Shown: positions 10,716-23,875 of the stretch, piece after piece
Position numbering within the stretch: position 1 is the stretch's first letter
How the letters are laid out: each line of letters opens with the position of its first letter
NCBI RefSeq assembly: GCF_018977255.1
Contig: NW_024705526.1
Coordinates: forward strand, 1 to 36,774
Source of the DNA: Callorhinchus milii
Taxonomy: Eukaryota
Direction: 5' to 3'
DNA: 36,774 bases
Made by a program: the position numbers and the translations under genes
The notes under the pieces: model-generated
The model's database searches: none
Told to the model about the DNA's origin: nothing
Seen by the model: the letters and a program-made list of their open reading frames with translations, nothing else

Positions 10716-13700
10716 GGTCGATCCTCCGAACGTATCCCGATCCCTGATCTTCTCGCACTCAAAGTGACGAAGTCCTCAAGGACTCAAGTCAGCTGCCTCC
10801 AACATAGCAGCTGGACAGTTGGCATCTACCAGAAAGATGATATGTGCTTCACATTAGGGATCAGCAAGTAACTCACGTGATTACCGCCATTCAGGAATTC
10901 CTGTTTCGATACGATCAGAGTTGGTCAGTCTATCTTGTGCGGATATGATGGCTACATAAATTCGACTGTGACCAGTTTCAGTTAACCTCAGGCAAATACC
11001 ATGAAGGTCCCGCGACTGAAGGCCCAGCTTGCTATATAGTCCCTGTACCATTCTCCCGCGATATCAGCCTGAAATCGTTCGGTCAGCTGGCCAACGGATA
11101 GAGGACGAGTATTTATCCACATCCTAACTCCGAGTAGCCGAAAAAATTTTTCCGCCTGGAGAGGCGTCCCTACCCAGCAAACTAAACGGCGGAATGCGGT
11201 ATTGAGACTGTACTTCGCTGGAGCTGCGAACGAACCTCCGATAAATGGCGAATCTTAAATGGGGTGTATTCTGGATGATTCTGAAATAACGCACCCTTCG
11301 CCACCAGGCTTTGTGAAGGGCCGATATGGCGGTGCCGGAGATACTAGGTCTTCCAATTAGGATTTAAGTGCAGGCAGCGCGATCGATGGGAAAGTATTCC
11401 CGCCAGCGGCGCAGCGCGCACTGTCTTTCGTTCCGGAGACGGGTAAAAGCACGAAGGAACGGCACGCTAGTTCCCGAAATCCCAGTGCGCGAGATTACAA
11501 GGGAAGTGCTTACCAACCGGCCCCAGAGCATTGCTTTCGGCTGCGGGTGCGGAACCTGAAAGCTTATAACCCTCGTAATTTCGGTCACGTCCATGCCGCG
11601 TTGAGTATGCTACTGCGTATTACTTTATCAATTCGACGACTTCAGCATGGCCGCGGACGAAACTCGGTAGGGATTCTTGATCAACACGGGGAGTCATCAA
11701 TGGAACCTAACACGCGGTCTAAACTTAAACCCGGATTGTCCTGGCAGGAAACAGTCCACCATATTTATGACGAGCGAGGGGGTGAGTAATTCTTAGTAAC
11801 TGAGGTAATAGACCGAATTAATGAGGAATTGACTTGCCAGGGGATATCATGCAAGTGTTGCGTATCCCATCCGTGCGAACGCGTGTTCGCGGCACTATGA
11901 TCGTACGCGCGCTGGAAAGGATACTCTTGCGCACTATGACTGGTTAGTTAGAGTTGTGAGGTCGAGCTATAATCGTCAAAAACCTGCACTAGTATTGATA
12001 GCGTGCCCGGCTAGTTGGCACAACGTAACCTCTTCCTGGGCCTCTGTACAGGGTCGCAAACGGTTTGCCCCAATTTTGCAAAGCCACACTTCTCCTAATG
12101 CCCTGCGTCCACCGACTCCTCCACTGAAGGCTTTCAAATGGCACACACTCGCTATGTGAAACATTGGCTCACATAACGGGAGGACGAATCCTTAGCAAGG
12201 GTCCGCGTAGTAATACATCCTCTCTATTATTTATCCCTTCACCTAGTAGATGCTGTGTCTGGACGGACGACGCGCAGATCTCGCTGTACATGAAGGCCCA
12301 TAGAGACAGTTATGGCTGCTGGTACTATTAGGTATGAACCGATGGCGTTGAAGCAAACATGGTGTGCCATATGGGACATAACTATACATCCACTAGGAAG
12401 GATAATACTTTCATTCGTTCACCCAACAAGCAGCGTATGAACCGAGACATGTAATTGGTGCCTTCCGATCTAAAGCTCGGCCACGGCATGAGTTGCAATG
12501 TTCTGAGTATTGTGGTCGTTGTTATGTTTCATGGCGCGGACCAACTACTAGACAATGTGGTCTCTTGACGACCAATGCGACGTCAAGCTCCTACGTGCGG
12601 CCCCATATAGCTTCAAGCAGAAGATTGACTTGTTTCACACCTCATGAAACATGCGACAATAATAGTGGAACCGTGACCGTCTGTATGCCCACCAATTCGC
12701 AAGTGTGAGATTCTAAACTCGGATGCGTGGCCGAATTGAAGATAGTATTCAAACGCGTGTAAACCTAAAGTGGAATAGCAGACCATACTAACCATGTAGG
12801 ACAAGGAGCATGGCACAAACTCTTAAGCAAACGGCTTCGAGACCAGGCCCCATCCATTAAAGACAATTAGCAGGAAATAGCAAGAAAGATGCGCCGCACT
12901 CTCTTCAGACTATGGTTCTACACCAGTGCTCGGGCTGGTTACGGAAGCTGATATAAAAGGGACTCATCGCTTTTCAACTTTCCCTACTATCTAGGCTGAG
13001 TCAAGCAACTAAAAACAGTTATATTAGTAATTCGCTAGAGGGGCTCTGGACGTATGGACTGCCGAGGCCTGTGGGATGGCCTTTTGTACCGAGCAGGTAT
13101 AACTGCCCTGAATTGAACAGCAGGTAGACGTACTGAGGAAATGACTTAGAAAGCTGAAACGTGAGAGATGCTAGTTTAGCTTATCGCACTTGATAATGAT
13201 CTCTCGGATTGTGCAAAGACTCTACCGGTGGCACGCAATAGTCCCAGGCGCCGCGGTACTGGCGGCTACAACAAGTCCACACCAGCATTCGAATACTCAC
13301 CTTGGGCAATTCAGATGTGGCGACGAATAATGGACACGATTGTTAGGACTCCCGTAGGTTGGGTGCCCGGGCGCGACAACTGAATGTAGCAGATATTAAT
13401 CAAAGGCCCGGGGATTACATTCTGTCAGAGTGCATCAATCATAGCCAGATTCCAAGTGCCGTCATATGATAGCTAACATGTAACGCTTTCCCTAAAATTT
13501 ACGTTCCAGCACCCGGAAGCTACGACTGAGTTCTATTTGTTGCTATGTATTTGCCTGCATAGTAAGCTAAATATAACATGTTAACAGCTGGGAATAGTCT
13601 GGGGAGACACTTTCCCGCCACTTTATGAGCACCGCCTGTGACTCTCCTCGATAAGTTGAAAATAACATGCGGTGGCTTTCTCCTCACCAAACAAGTAGGA

Positions 13701-16700
13701 GAACAGGGGACGTTAGCGTCTCTCCGCTTAATTGTCCAAGCGGCGCCTGTGTAGCGGTGTTGAGGGCCTGGAGTCCACGCGGCTCTCTGACTACCCCCAG
13801 GCCGCGTACCTGATAAAAGTGCAACCATCGAGTTCTAAACAGCATAAACACAAGATGGCCGCATGCATCCCACTTCTATTCTCATTCATCGTAGCGTTTT
13901 TGCCCCACCTGTACCGGCTAATGTATCTGCACGACATGATGTTTGACTAGAGACGCAGGCTGTTAACAAGGGAAGCCTAAGCACCAGGTGTGGACGTTAA
14001 CTTTAGATGATGTAAACCTATAGAAACATATCATGGGTTTTATTCTCCGTTCGATGACGGTCTGGTATACAGTTTATGCGCACAACCTAGGATCCATTGG
14101 CCCGAAAGCTTGGATGCTTTAAGCTTGAAGTATCTGTAATCGGGACGCCACGATACATCTTATGAATACCGGGGGTTTGAGTAAGCACAACATTATGGTG
14201 CATACAATCCACAGTTCAATGTCTTTACAATGTCCCAAGCAACACCTTCCTTCCTTTCGACGCTAGCCGGGCACTGACTTTGCATAACGGTCAGCCTAAA
14301 ATAGGCCGTGTGTGTTCTGTAAGTGATCAATAGGAGAGGTGTCAATATTTCTCATCGTTTGTAGTCAGGCCATTGTCGACTAGATTAAAATACGGCAATC
14401 AAGAAAGAAACAAGGATCGCGATTGACCACTCTACACTTAGTGCTGCGATCTTGAACATACGCTGTTCGAAGCCCATCGAACAAATAGTCGAATTCAGGA
14501 CGTTCTAACCTATCACCAATGCTCTAATCTTACTTTTACGCCCTTCAATAGTCCCTAGGACTTACTACTCACCCGCTCGGACCCGGTGGATTAAAAGAAG
14601 TACGCCTTTGGCGTCCACCACTGCCCATATGTTCGCCGGATATTTGTGGCAGGTAAAAGCAATGTGATCTGACGATAGATGGAGCCAGACTCCTGCATAC
14701 GCTTCCTGCTCTCGACGGGCGAGGCTTTTTTTGGGGTATCGTTTATTATAAAGTCCCGAGAAGCGCCCATGGTTTGTACAAGCATCAATGTTAAAACTAA
14801 ACGACCGTGGCAAATCAATAGAACGATACAGCGAGGCGAAGTCTCTTAGGGGTGGCCAGAAGCGTCCCGATCCATTAGTAACCCGTCTTATTCGCCTGGA
14901 CTCTTAAAATGCTCGGTTAGGTAACATAGATTCAGCCAGCAACCAGGTCTTAAGGCTTAGCTGTCTCATCAGGATGCGGCGAGCGTATAACTTCATGTAG
15001 GGACGATCGTGTAACTTGAACGGATTTTTTACCCGGAAAGAACCCGGGGAATAGTAATTCTGCGAATGCAATCGTTCGTATGAGACCGCATTCCCGGTAA
15101 GGCTAGTCCCCCTCGTAACGATCTCGCACGCCCATTCCACGACCCGCTATCCTAATATGTAGCGGGAGTGGACGAATAGCGTACTGGCTCTGATCTGGTG
15201 ATAAGTATAATCGCCCGGACGAGCTAGGACGCAGATTTTGGCCGCCTCGCAGTAGCCGCGCAGACGGTAGTGAGCAGCCAGGCTAATGTCCCTTGGCTTC
15301 TGACATAGAAAAGAACCGTAGTTAAGTCCTAGCTCTTAGTATCGGAAGCTATGCATTGCAATTGAGTCGTTACGTGTACAATACCGGTACATGCTGATTA
15401 TTGTAACTGATTCTTCCATATGGAGGCAATCCTACGGGCGAGAACAGGTCATGGGGTTCGGGATGCTAGTGCATGTGTCATAAAATAGCTGTTAGCTCCC
15501 GCGTTATCGAGATCGGCGTAAGATCACGTTCGGGCGTTGTCGGCTAGGGTCATTAACGGCTCGTTATCAAGAGGTCTCTACCGACACGTGAGATACGTGC
15601 GTAATCGGCCATAGGTTAGCCCGTGTTATACGCAATCCGCAGCAAATGGTCTGTAGTGCGATCCAGCGCCGGAAACTTCTTTCCGCGTGGCGTACAATAT
15701 ATCCGGGCTTACGGGGCTGCGGACCAGGCCCTACTTTATTAGTAGTAAGACTTTGACGTCTTCCGCACGTCTAGAACCGGAGTCATCCAGCTCGACAGTC
15801 GTTCCATGACAGTAAACCCGACTGCCATTCTAGGGCCCCCAACGGAGCACCTAGTGTCCCTCATACGTTTGTTTTAACGTCCCGCAGTTCGACAATGTAA
15901 GGAGCAACAGAGCCATCTATGGGTGAATCGTCTACTTGCGCTCTGGGTCCCAACCGCTCGACGCCCGATTATCAGTCCTTGTACTACCTCCCATAAGTAT
16001 CAATACCAGCATTAACGCCGTGTTAGTAAGTGGGTGTATAGCTGTATACGTCTATAAGGGCTCCTACAAACGGAGACGGCGAGTTGTATATCTATGGGCC
16101 ACTGTTAAGGCACTATTGCCTCAGTGCTCACAACTCGGCCCGTGGGTGAAAGCAATGTTATCAAAAGTATGCACTGTTGCTTCACCGAGAATCATAGTTT
16201 GCGGGCTCTGTCCGATGTTAGACGGCGTAGGACACCTGGTATTTCCACCCAGGGTAGCTATAAGCCATAGGTATTAGAGTGACCTTCCTTTGCGTGAAGA
16301 GCGTGTTTGGTTTCGATGTTACCACGCTTGTGAAGCCCATCACCGTAGGCTGTGGTACCCGTTAGCCTTACCGTAGTGCGTGCGATCGCCGGGCTATTGT
16401 CTACAGTTAGATACCTCCGCCACGTTGTCAGAGAGTTTCCGCTCAGACCTGGCTTTTCGTCATGTGGGAGGCGTCAAAGACCTAGTTGACTCCTTTTATA
16501 ACACCATGAGATACCGGTCCACATGTTGATAAATACGTATCATAAAGTCTTTCGCGATGCAGTTAAGATTGCGTGGAACCTCGAAAGGCATGCCAGTGGT
16601 AGAAGGTCCATGACTATGATTTGTATGAGTGTCTCATTCTGTCCTGTACACAGTACTTTCACCTTGTAGCGAGTTGGCGAAAGCCTGACTACCCTAGCTA

Positions 16701-19580
16701 TCTCCCAGGATTGGACCAAGTCTACATATACGTCGATGTCAGCCTCACCCCCCAATCAGAACAACTGGGGGGCAGTGGGTCTCGCGCGGAATGAATTCGA
16801 TAGGAACGTTAGAGATAGTCTAGCGGCGCCGGCGCCCATACAAAACGAAGCGAGTGCGTTCTCACCTTCCCTGACATTCAACTCAAGTGAGAGCTAAATT
16901 ATCTGGGCTGCTTACTCTTCAGTCGTTCCCTGGCGTATGGCCCTCGCGTAGACGCAGCAGTTAGTCTTCCTCCCAAGTATCTACCAAGCGGTTAGGTACA
17001 ATATGGGACCCTATCTTCAACGTTCTATCATTATGAATCGCGCATCCGACCATTCCTGACCGAAGAGCCTGAGGAATAGCAAAGATCCCTGCTCACACTC
17101 CTCTATCAAGGCACAAAGGGTAAGCTTAGAATGGAACTTCTCCGCATACCCTATGATGGTGTAAGGCTGTCGCATCGTAGGATGATGGTATGCGTTAGTT
17201 ACGACGCCTACTCCGAAGTCGCATATTACTTGCAAACCATCTCAAGGCTGTTGCGCTGCATTGATCTCCTATTGCGTAGTCGCTCCTACAGACGCTGTAC
17301 CCCCGGTTTGACCATCCCTAATTTAGGGGGGTAAAACCCCTCATATACCCTCCCACGATCGAACCAGAATGTCACACGCAATCCCCGGTGATCCAGTCAC
17401 CTGAGAATCTGGATACTGCTAAAAGCGACCGTCTGTGTGGGCTGAACCCTGAATAGAGGCTCAATCCCCAGCGCGGCCTGTGCCAGCAGTCGAGCACCGT
17501 GGCTAAATAGCTTGCTTGTTCGACCCAGCCATAGCGCTGCAAAGGCGTATTCGCGGATACGAATCCCATTGGAAAACACTAAGGGGTTAATGAGATCAAA
17601 TTCTATGTTTAACTATAACAAGAGGCACCCGAGTGGGTCCTGCCTACGAGCTGCCTCGTGACTAACGCTAGCGCTCCACTGCTAGCACTAAAGCTGCATT
17701 GGCACATCCCCAAAGTGTCTAAGATTCGATCCCAGTTGCAGAGTGGTATCTGTGGACCGGAGACGTCCCGATCTAGCTGCAAAATTCGTCGTCTGATTCA
17801 GACCGCCCTTTGGATTCCATATGAGCCTCGTTTAGTTTGGGGCCTCTTGGCACCGGACATGCGATCATTAAATTAGAAACTTCGCAAATTTCATCGGCAC
17901 CGGGCATTATCGAATAGATAGGTGCGGTTCTACTGCCGGTGTACCCATTCAAGAGAGCACACCGAACTATGAGAAATTAGTCAGTTATCCATTACAGGGT
18001 AAGCGGTAGACGGCGGCCGGCAATGCTTGATACCATGAGAAAATCAGCAAACGAGGGTCGGTTGCGTATACTACACATGCGTTAGTGGATTGATAATCAT
18101 CTCCTTACCTCCTGATCGCCAACGGCACATATGTTAGCTGGTCATTTTGGCCACCCTCTGAAAGCTTTATAAGACGGGTATAAACCCAGCAGCTTCGTCC
18201 CGTTTAAAACGCCTTCTTAAAACGAAGTTTACAGGTGGCTGATGTACGGCTTTCTTCGTCTCAAATGGCCTGCGTATCCAATTGGATCTGAGGACTTGCA
18301 ACCTTTAGCGTTATTAGCGGAGCTTCCAGTTGTAGAAAGACAGGGTGTCATTATTGTGCCTGGAGCTCTGGGCTGGTTAAATAATGGGCCGTCATGGCCA
18401 GTAAGTGAGCAATAGAAGGCGACGACGCCCCAATCCCTCTTTGTGAAGCGGCTACATGCAAAGTGCCTGAGCAGCTACCTGATTGTGTTGAAACGAGTAA
18501 GCCGTGCAAGTCCTACAATGACCTGTAGTTTTTATGGCGACTAAGTTCGCATACGGATAAACGGACGTCCATCGGCACATACCATGGCTTACATAGGGCT
18601 CTTCCTACCGATGTGTAGACGTGCCGAATAGCGCCCTTTCTCTTCCTCAATGGACTTTATCGGAATGCGTTTTGGCGGACACGCATGCCGACATTGGGGG
18701 TCATCTGGACACCACGAACAGCGCGTCTACTAGGAAGTCTCTTTGATTTAGTACGAGATGAACATGCTCTATAGCTATCCCATCATCGGGTGTATTTAAG
18801 GCAAGTAATCACTGGGACTAACTCCCGTTGGTTCATAATTCGGGGTAGTGTGTCATCGTGCTACTATTGATTGTCCGTTCAAAAGTAAACCTCGGTCTGC
18901 AATACTATACGTGCTGTAGATCTATATTTTATAGCCAGGAGTTGCAGGTGGTCGTCACTATGTGCGCTGACTAGAGGGAGGAAAGTCGACGCATCTGTCT
19001 CATCTCTAAGTCCGAGAGCGCGTCTTTCAGCTCCGACGAAGTAAGATCAGTCAGGTACAATCAGCGGCCCGAGCTGGCGTTGTCGCCCTAGTAACTGGCC
19101 ACGCGGCGACGGGCGTCTCAGTTCCCTAGAAATGCGGGCACAGATAAAGGCTCGATGCTTCAGCACCGCTCCTGTTACCCCGTACCTTCGCCAAAACTTA
19201 TGTTTGGCTAGCAGTTCACCAACGGAATCAATTACGCCACTGTCGAGCTTTGTTTCCCCGGCTATGTAGAACAGTTTCGAGTGACCGTGTCACCTTAGGA
19301 GTCTGGAGTTCTACAGCGGAACCGTCTTGTCAATCTGTCCAGGAGGGGGTGCACCAAATGGGACCTCTACGGCTTTGGGGTCGTTGTATTAGGGCGTCCC
19401 GACTCAGACTTCAATATGCACCTGGTAGATCTAGTCCCTTAGAGGGCGGTACTACTACCATTACAAGCTCTCTGGTGAAGCACATCAAAATATGCCATGG
19501 GCGATCCTCTAAATTAAATGAGAGTGGTGGAATAAGATACGGGTCGCTCGGCCCTGCCCTGTCAGATCCAAAAGGACATC
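10716..19580. other. Featureless, random-composition block (possibly shuffled, synthetic or artefactual)
   Basis: By eye the four bases are near-equal, CpG and TpA are abundant, and there are no microsatellites, long homopolymers or recognisable repeats. No ORF in the track exceeds about 120 aa and no protein motifs are visible, unlike both flanks. The right boundary is approximate. Confidence 0.75.
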
Positions 19581-19589
19581 AGCTGTGTG

Positions 19590-20860
19590 TTCTCAGGCCT
19601 GGCCGATGAGCAGCTGTGACAGGACCCAGCAGTGGGATCCGGACCTGGCGGCGTGGAGGCAGCCCTGCGGGAGGAAAAAGTCGCCGTACAGGGACCCTGG
19701 AGTGGTTTGTACGCCCGGTTGTGTGTAAAGAATGGGGTGGTGAGGGAACTAACCCAGGCGCGGCCCCATCTGCTACGGCTGTGCACGACACCTGCTCGGG
19801 GGCCACGATGGAGAATTGCGCACTCGGGAGACCCTACGTCGCCAGTATCTATGGCCCAAGCTGACGCAAGACGTAGCAGCCTGGGTAAAGGGCTGCCGCG
19901 CTTGTCAACAGCGTGGGCAAAAACCGGCGCGGCATCAGGTGCTCCTGAGGCCGTTCCGCGTCAGCCGGGCGAACCAGCTAGTTGGTGTCGACCTACAGGG
20001 GCTATTCCCATGATCCCACCGAGGCAACCGATATATTCTGTATCTATCACTAGAGTATTTTTCGCGCTATCCAGTGGCAGTGGCCATCCCCGATAAGACG
20101 GCCCTTGTGGTCGCCCGGGCATTACGTGCTTAAACATGGGATCCCCGAACGAGTCATTACTGACCAGGTTAGTGAGTTCGAGGCAGAGCTATTTAAGGCG
20201 CTGTGCCAGGGGTTCGGAATCCAGAAGGACCGAACCACGGCATACCACCCCAAGGCAAATGGTATGGTGGAGCGCATGAACCAGACCTTAGCCGGGAAGC
20301 TCAAACGTATTGTGGCTGCCAATCAGCAGGATTGGGACGGACACCTCCCCTACGCTGTTCACCTACACCACCACGGTGCACACCTCTACTGGGCAGACCA
20401 CCTTCCTAATGATGTTTGGTCGGGAGTCTCGTCTACCGGCAGATCTGTTGTTCGGCGTCCCCCCACCACAACCGGAGGGAGCCAGCCCGTGGAGCACCTG
20501 ATGGGGACCCGGGCCTACCAACAGGGGGAGGCCACACATCAGCAGCAAGAGCAGGGCGCTCGCCCCTGTGTGGAGCCGACCTTCTACTCGTTGGGCTCTA
20601 AAGTATGCCTGCACACCCCGCGCATAGGGGCCGGACAGGTGGGGAAGCTGACCCCTGCACGGTACGAGAGACGGTGGTCAATGTCTGCCAACTAAAACCG
20701 TGGAGGGTGGCCCCGGTGGGGGAGGCACCCGCCTTCGGGTACCCCGAAACCCCTGAATCCCCGCATCCCCAAGGCCCCTGTACCTGATGGCTTCGTGCCG
20801 TACATGGGCCCCGCTGAGCCCCAGTTCCCAGCTCTCGAAGAAGGATGCGGTAACAAGGGG
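19590..20860 (+). mobile_element. Ty3/Gypsy integrase remnant
   Basis: HD..SGGHDGELRTRETLRRQYLWPKLTQDVAAWVKGCRAC (HHCC), VGVDLQG, HGIPERVITDQ...YHPKANGMVERMN, and HTSTGQTTFLMMFGRE. Confidence 0.92.
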
Positions 20861-20865
20861 GCAGT

Positions 20866-21342
20866 AACCACAGGTAGGTGCACGATTGGTCGCGCGGGAC
20901 AAACGCCATCCCGGCCCTTTGAAGTGAGGGGATTGGGCCATGGTAGAAAGGAGGAAACAAGAGCGTGAGGGTGCAGGTAAGCGCACGATTGGCTGCGCAG
21001 TATGACGTCACCCTGGGCCTTTGAAGTTTAGAGAATAAAAAGGGGGGCCCCGGACGATTTTCAGTTAATTGTCTCCAACCTCTTGGCCAACAAGACCCAC
21101 TCCCTGCTGCCCTGCCTCCTCGAGCCGCTCGCAGCATCCGTGTGATGCCAGCGAGTGCTGCTACGAGGCAGTGATAGGTGAAGTTTTCGCTCGTCCTTCT
21201 CCCTCCGACTCTCGCAGCATCCGTGCGATGCCGTGAGTACAGCTACGAGGTAGAATGCTTGAGTGACTGGGCTCATAGGCAGTCAGGCTAAAGCCCTTCC
21301 TGCGAAATATTCCCCCTCCAGGTCTGGTGTATTTGTGCTATT
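20866..21342 (+). mobile_element. Probable 3' LTR of the third Gypsy element, interrupted by a HINE insertion
   Basis: Purine tract AAGGGGGCAG after the integrase, ATTGG (reverse CCAAT) boxes and GAATAAAAA. The sequence appears to resume after 22303 (ATTAAA|CTTTAG). Confidence 0.55.
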
Positions 21343-22303
21343 AAACAGGACCCTGCGGGGTGGGCTGGTATGAACGAATAACCAAAGAATATAAACATAA
21401 TGTTATTACACTTGTTTAGCCAGGAAAGCCCCACTGAATCTAAAGGTTTTTGTAGGGTCCTGCCAAGTGTTTGCAGTAGGGGGCGATGTTGCTACACCGA
21501 ATCGGACGACACGAAGGGAGAGTGTGAGGCCTAGTTCTAGGCTTTAGGCCTAGCTGTAGGCGTTAGGCCGCTGTGAGTTAATTTGTAATTTAAATGTTTT
21601 AATTATTTATGTAAAAGCTTTAAATGTAAATGTTTATATTTAAAAATATCAGGGAATGTAACATTGTTAAACATTAACTCCCTCTCACACACCCGGGGGT
21701 ACGATACGAATGGAGAGTTTGAGGCCTAGTTCTAGGCTTTAGGCCTAGCTATAGGGTTTAGGGCGTCGTGAGCTAATTTTAATTTAAATGTTTTTTTATG
21801 TATGTAAAAGCTTTAAATTTAAATGTTTCTATTTAAAAGCATCAGGGAATGTAACATTGTTAAACATAACTCCCTTGCACACACGCGGGGGAACGATACG
21901 AAGGGAGAGTTTGAGGCGTTGTTCAAGGCTTTAGGCCTAGCTGTAGGCTTTAGGGCGCTGTGAGTTAAATTTTAATTTAAAAGTTTTAATTAAAAGCTAT
22001 CTCAGGGAATTATAAGGGAATGTTTAGATTCCAAAGAACACAGGATGAGATGTTACTATCCTTTGTGCAAGCACTTCAAGAGTTCATGAACAGTGAGCCT
22101 CATTAATTTAAATGGTTTAATTAAAAGCTATCTGAGGGAATTATGAGGGAATGTTACACTTGTTTAGCCAGGAAAGCGTCACTGAGTCTAAAGGTTTTTG
22201 TAGGGTCATGCCAAGTGTTTGCAGTAGGGGGCGATGTTGCTACACGGACGGACGGACGATATAATCTGTTGTAGGTTGGTCCACTTCGTTCCTACCAGTA
22301 TAA
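21343..22303 (-). mobile_element. Helentron-associated non-autonomous element (HINE/DINE-1-like), copy 1
   Basis: The minus strand begins TTATACTGGTAGGAAC, then (GTCC)n and an internal ~195-bp tandem array. It ends with sub-terminal inverted GTTCATACCAG, a short ACCC/GGGT hairpin and TTT. No TSD. It is the reverse complement of 26134-27269. Confidence 0.75.
21513..21990. repeat. ~195-bp tandem array inside HINE copy 1
   Basis: GAAGGGAGAG-like anchors at 21513, 21708 and 21900. Confidence 0.9.
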
Positions 22304-22480
22304 ACTTTAGTTCAGAGTATCGTTGCAGTGTGATTTCTGTATGGGTAGAACCTCGGCCTGGTGTCTGCAAATTGTGTGTGATGCGACTGCGCGGGGAGAC
22401 GGTGGACGTGAGAGAGCGAGCGCAGGGCTGCAGCGTCGGGGCAGTGGTGGTAATTTGAGCATGTGTGTGAGGCGTGCGTG

Positions 22481-23066
22481 TGTAATATAGTTGAAGACTC
22501 TTGGACGCCGGAGTTGGAGGCACACGTATTTATTCAGCACAGCACAATCGTGGGCATACAACACTGGAGGGGGTATCGGGCCCCCTCACCCGTTTATCTG
22601 GGGATACATTTGCTAGCTACGTCTAGCCTACCTCCTAGTCCTCCACTAACGGGCTAGGGGAGGCTATCTAGCCCGACACTGGTAAGTCGGGCTTACGGTA
22701 CCCGGAGTCCCAGACCAGCTCTGATAAGAGCACCGGCTCTGGTTCTCGGGACCACGCCGCTGGCTCGGTCCTGTTCGGCCCTGATAAGGGCGGCGATCCA
22801 GGGGAGTCCAGGGCCCTATCTAGACGATCTTCGGTCTTCACTGGTTAGCTTAACATTATCACCCCGAGCCCTCCGGCTCATCCCTTTTTATACCAAACCC
22901 CCGGCTGAGGGGTGGGGCCTCGGGGATCACAACTCCGGGCAGCCCCCCAGGCTCCCCAGTGCGCACGTCGTTGAGATCACCTCCCCGTGCACTCACGTAG
23001 CCACGCCCACTGTGTTTGTTTCCCGTGTGATCCCATGTATAAGAGCCCCTCCGTAACACCCCTACA
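22481..23066 (-). mobile_element. Solo LTR (Gypsy-like) with 4-bp TSD CGTG
   Basis: TGTA...TACA termini, with CGTG at 22477-22480 and 23067-23070. On the minus strand there is a TATAAAA box (about 22885-22891) upstream of AATAAA (about 22529-22534). Confidence 0.8.
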
Positions 23067-23875
23067 CGTGTATTAAAACATACACGGCCGCTGCAGTGTG
23101 CCACGTGAGTAATTAGGACGGGGGCAGTACAATAAACCCACGCTCGCGCGCGTTTACACAGCATGTTTACACAGCGACAATAGCATTAAAGGCGAGGCGT
23201 GCGTGCGTGCGTGTGTATTCATACATGTCCGTCAGAGAGGGCACTGGCTCGGGGGGCGGCCCGGCGAGATGGGACGAACGGCGCAGTGGAGGAGGGAGTA
23301 AAGGAGGGAATGGAGTGGGCAAACATTGCGCTCCACCTGCCCAACGAGGGCGGCAGAGCAGACGTTGGCCCCCACACTTCTGAATAATTGGGTTGCTTAT
23401 TTAATGCAAGTTGGTTTTCTTGTTAGTTTGTTTGTCTGGGTATTATTTGTGCGTTGTTAGTGTCTGTGGAGTGACGACATTTACGATATTTAGTTGCAAA
23501 CGATTTTAGTGAAAATCTTCGAGACGATTTTCTTTTCATTCAGAAATCCTGAAGAACCCGGCAAGCCACCATTGATTGAACCGAGGTATCAAGTATAGCA
23601 AGTTTCCAGTTTCAAGTCACCAATTAATTCAGAAACAGACCATCCTAATACTTAACGTGGTTTATGCCAACTCAAAAGCATAAAAAAATTACATTCAACG
23701 AACTATATTGATTGGGAATATAAAATATCAATCCTGTTGTAGAGACCTACTGAAATGATTTAATAGCTAGTCCTGTCAGTGACATCTCCCCTGGAAACAC
23801 ACTATATAACACTGACACGGGTTCGGATATGAAAATTGTTGTAATTCCTGGAAGAACATGCAAACTCCGAATATA

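Noticed and set aside
11892..11939. GCACTATGA repeated twice within 50 bp
   Set aside because: Repeated 9-mers are expected by chance in 9 kb, and no array continues.
10716..19609. Short ORFs (60-119 aa) in the random-looking block as a possible operon or viral genes
   Set aside because: Lengths match chance expectation, and there are no motifs, strand bias or dense packing.
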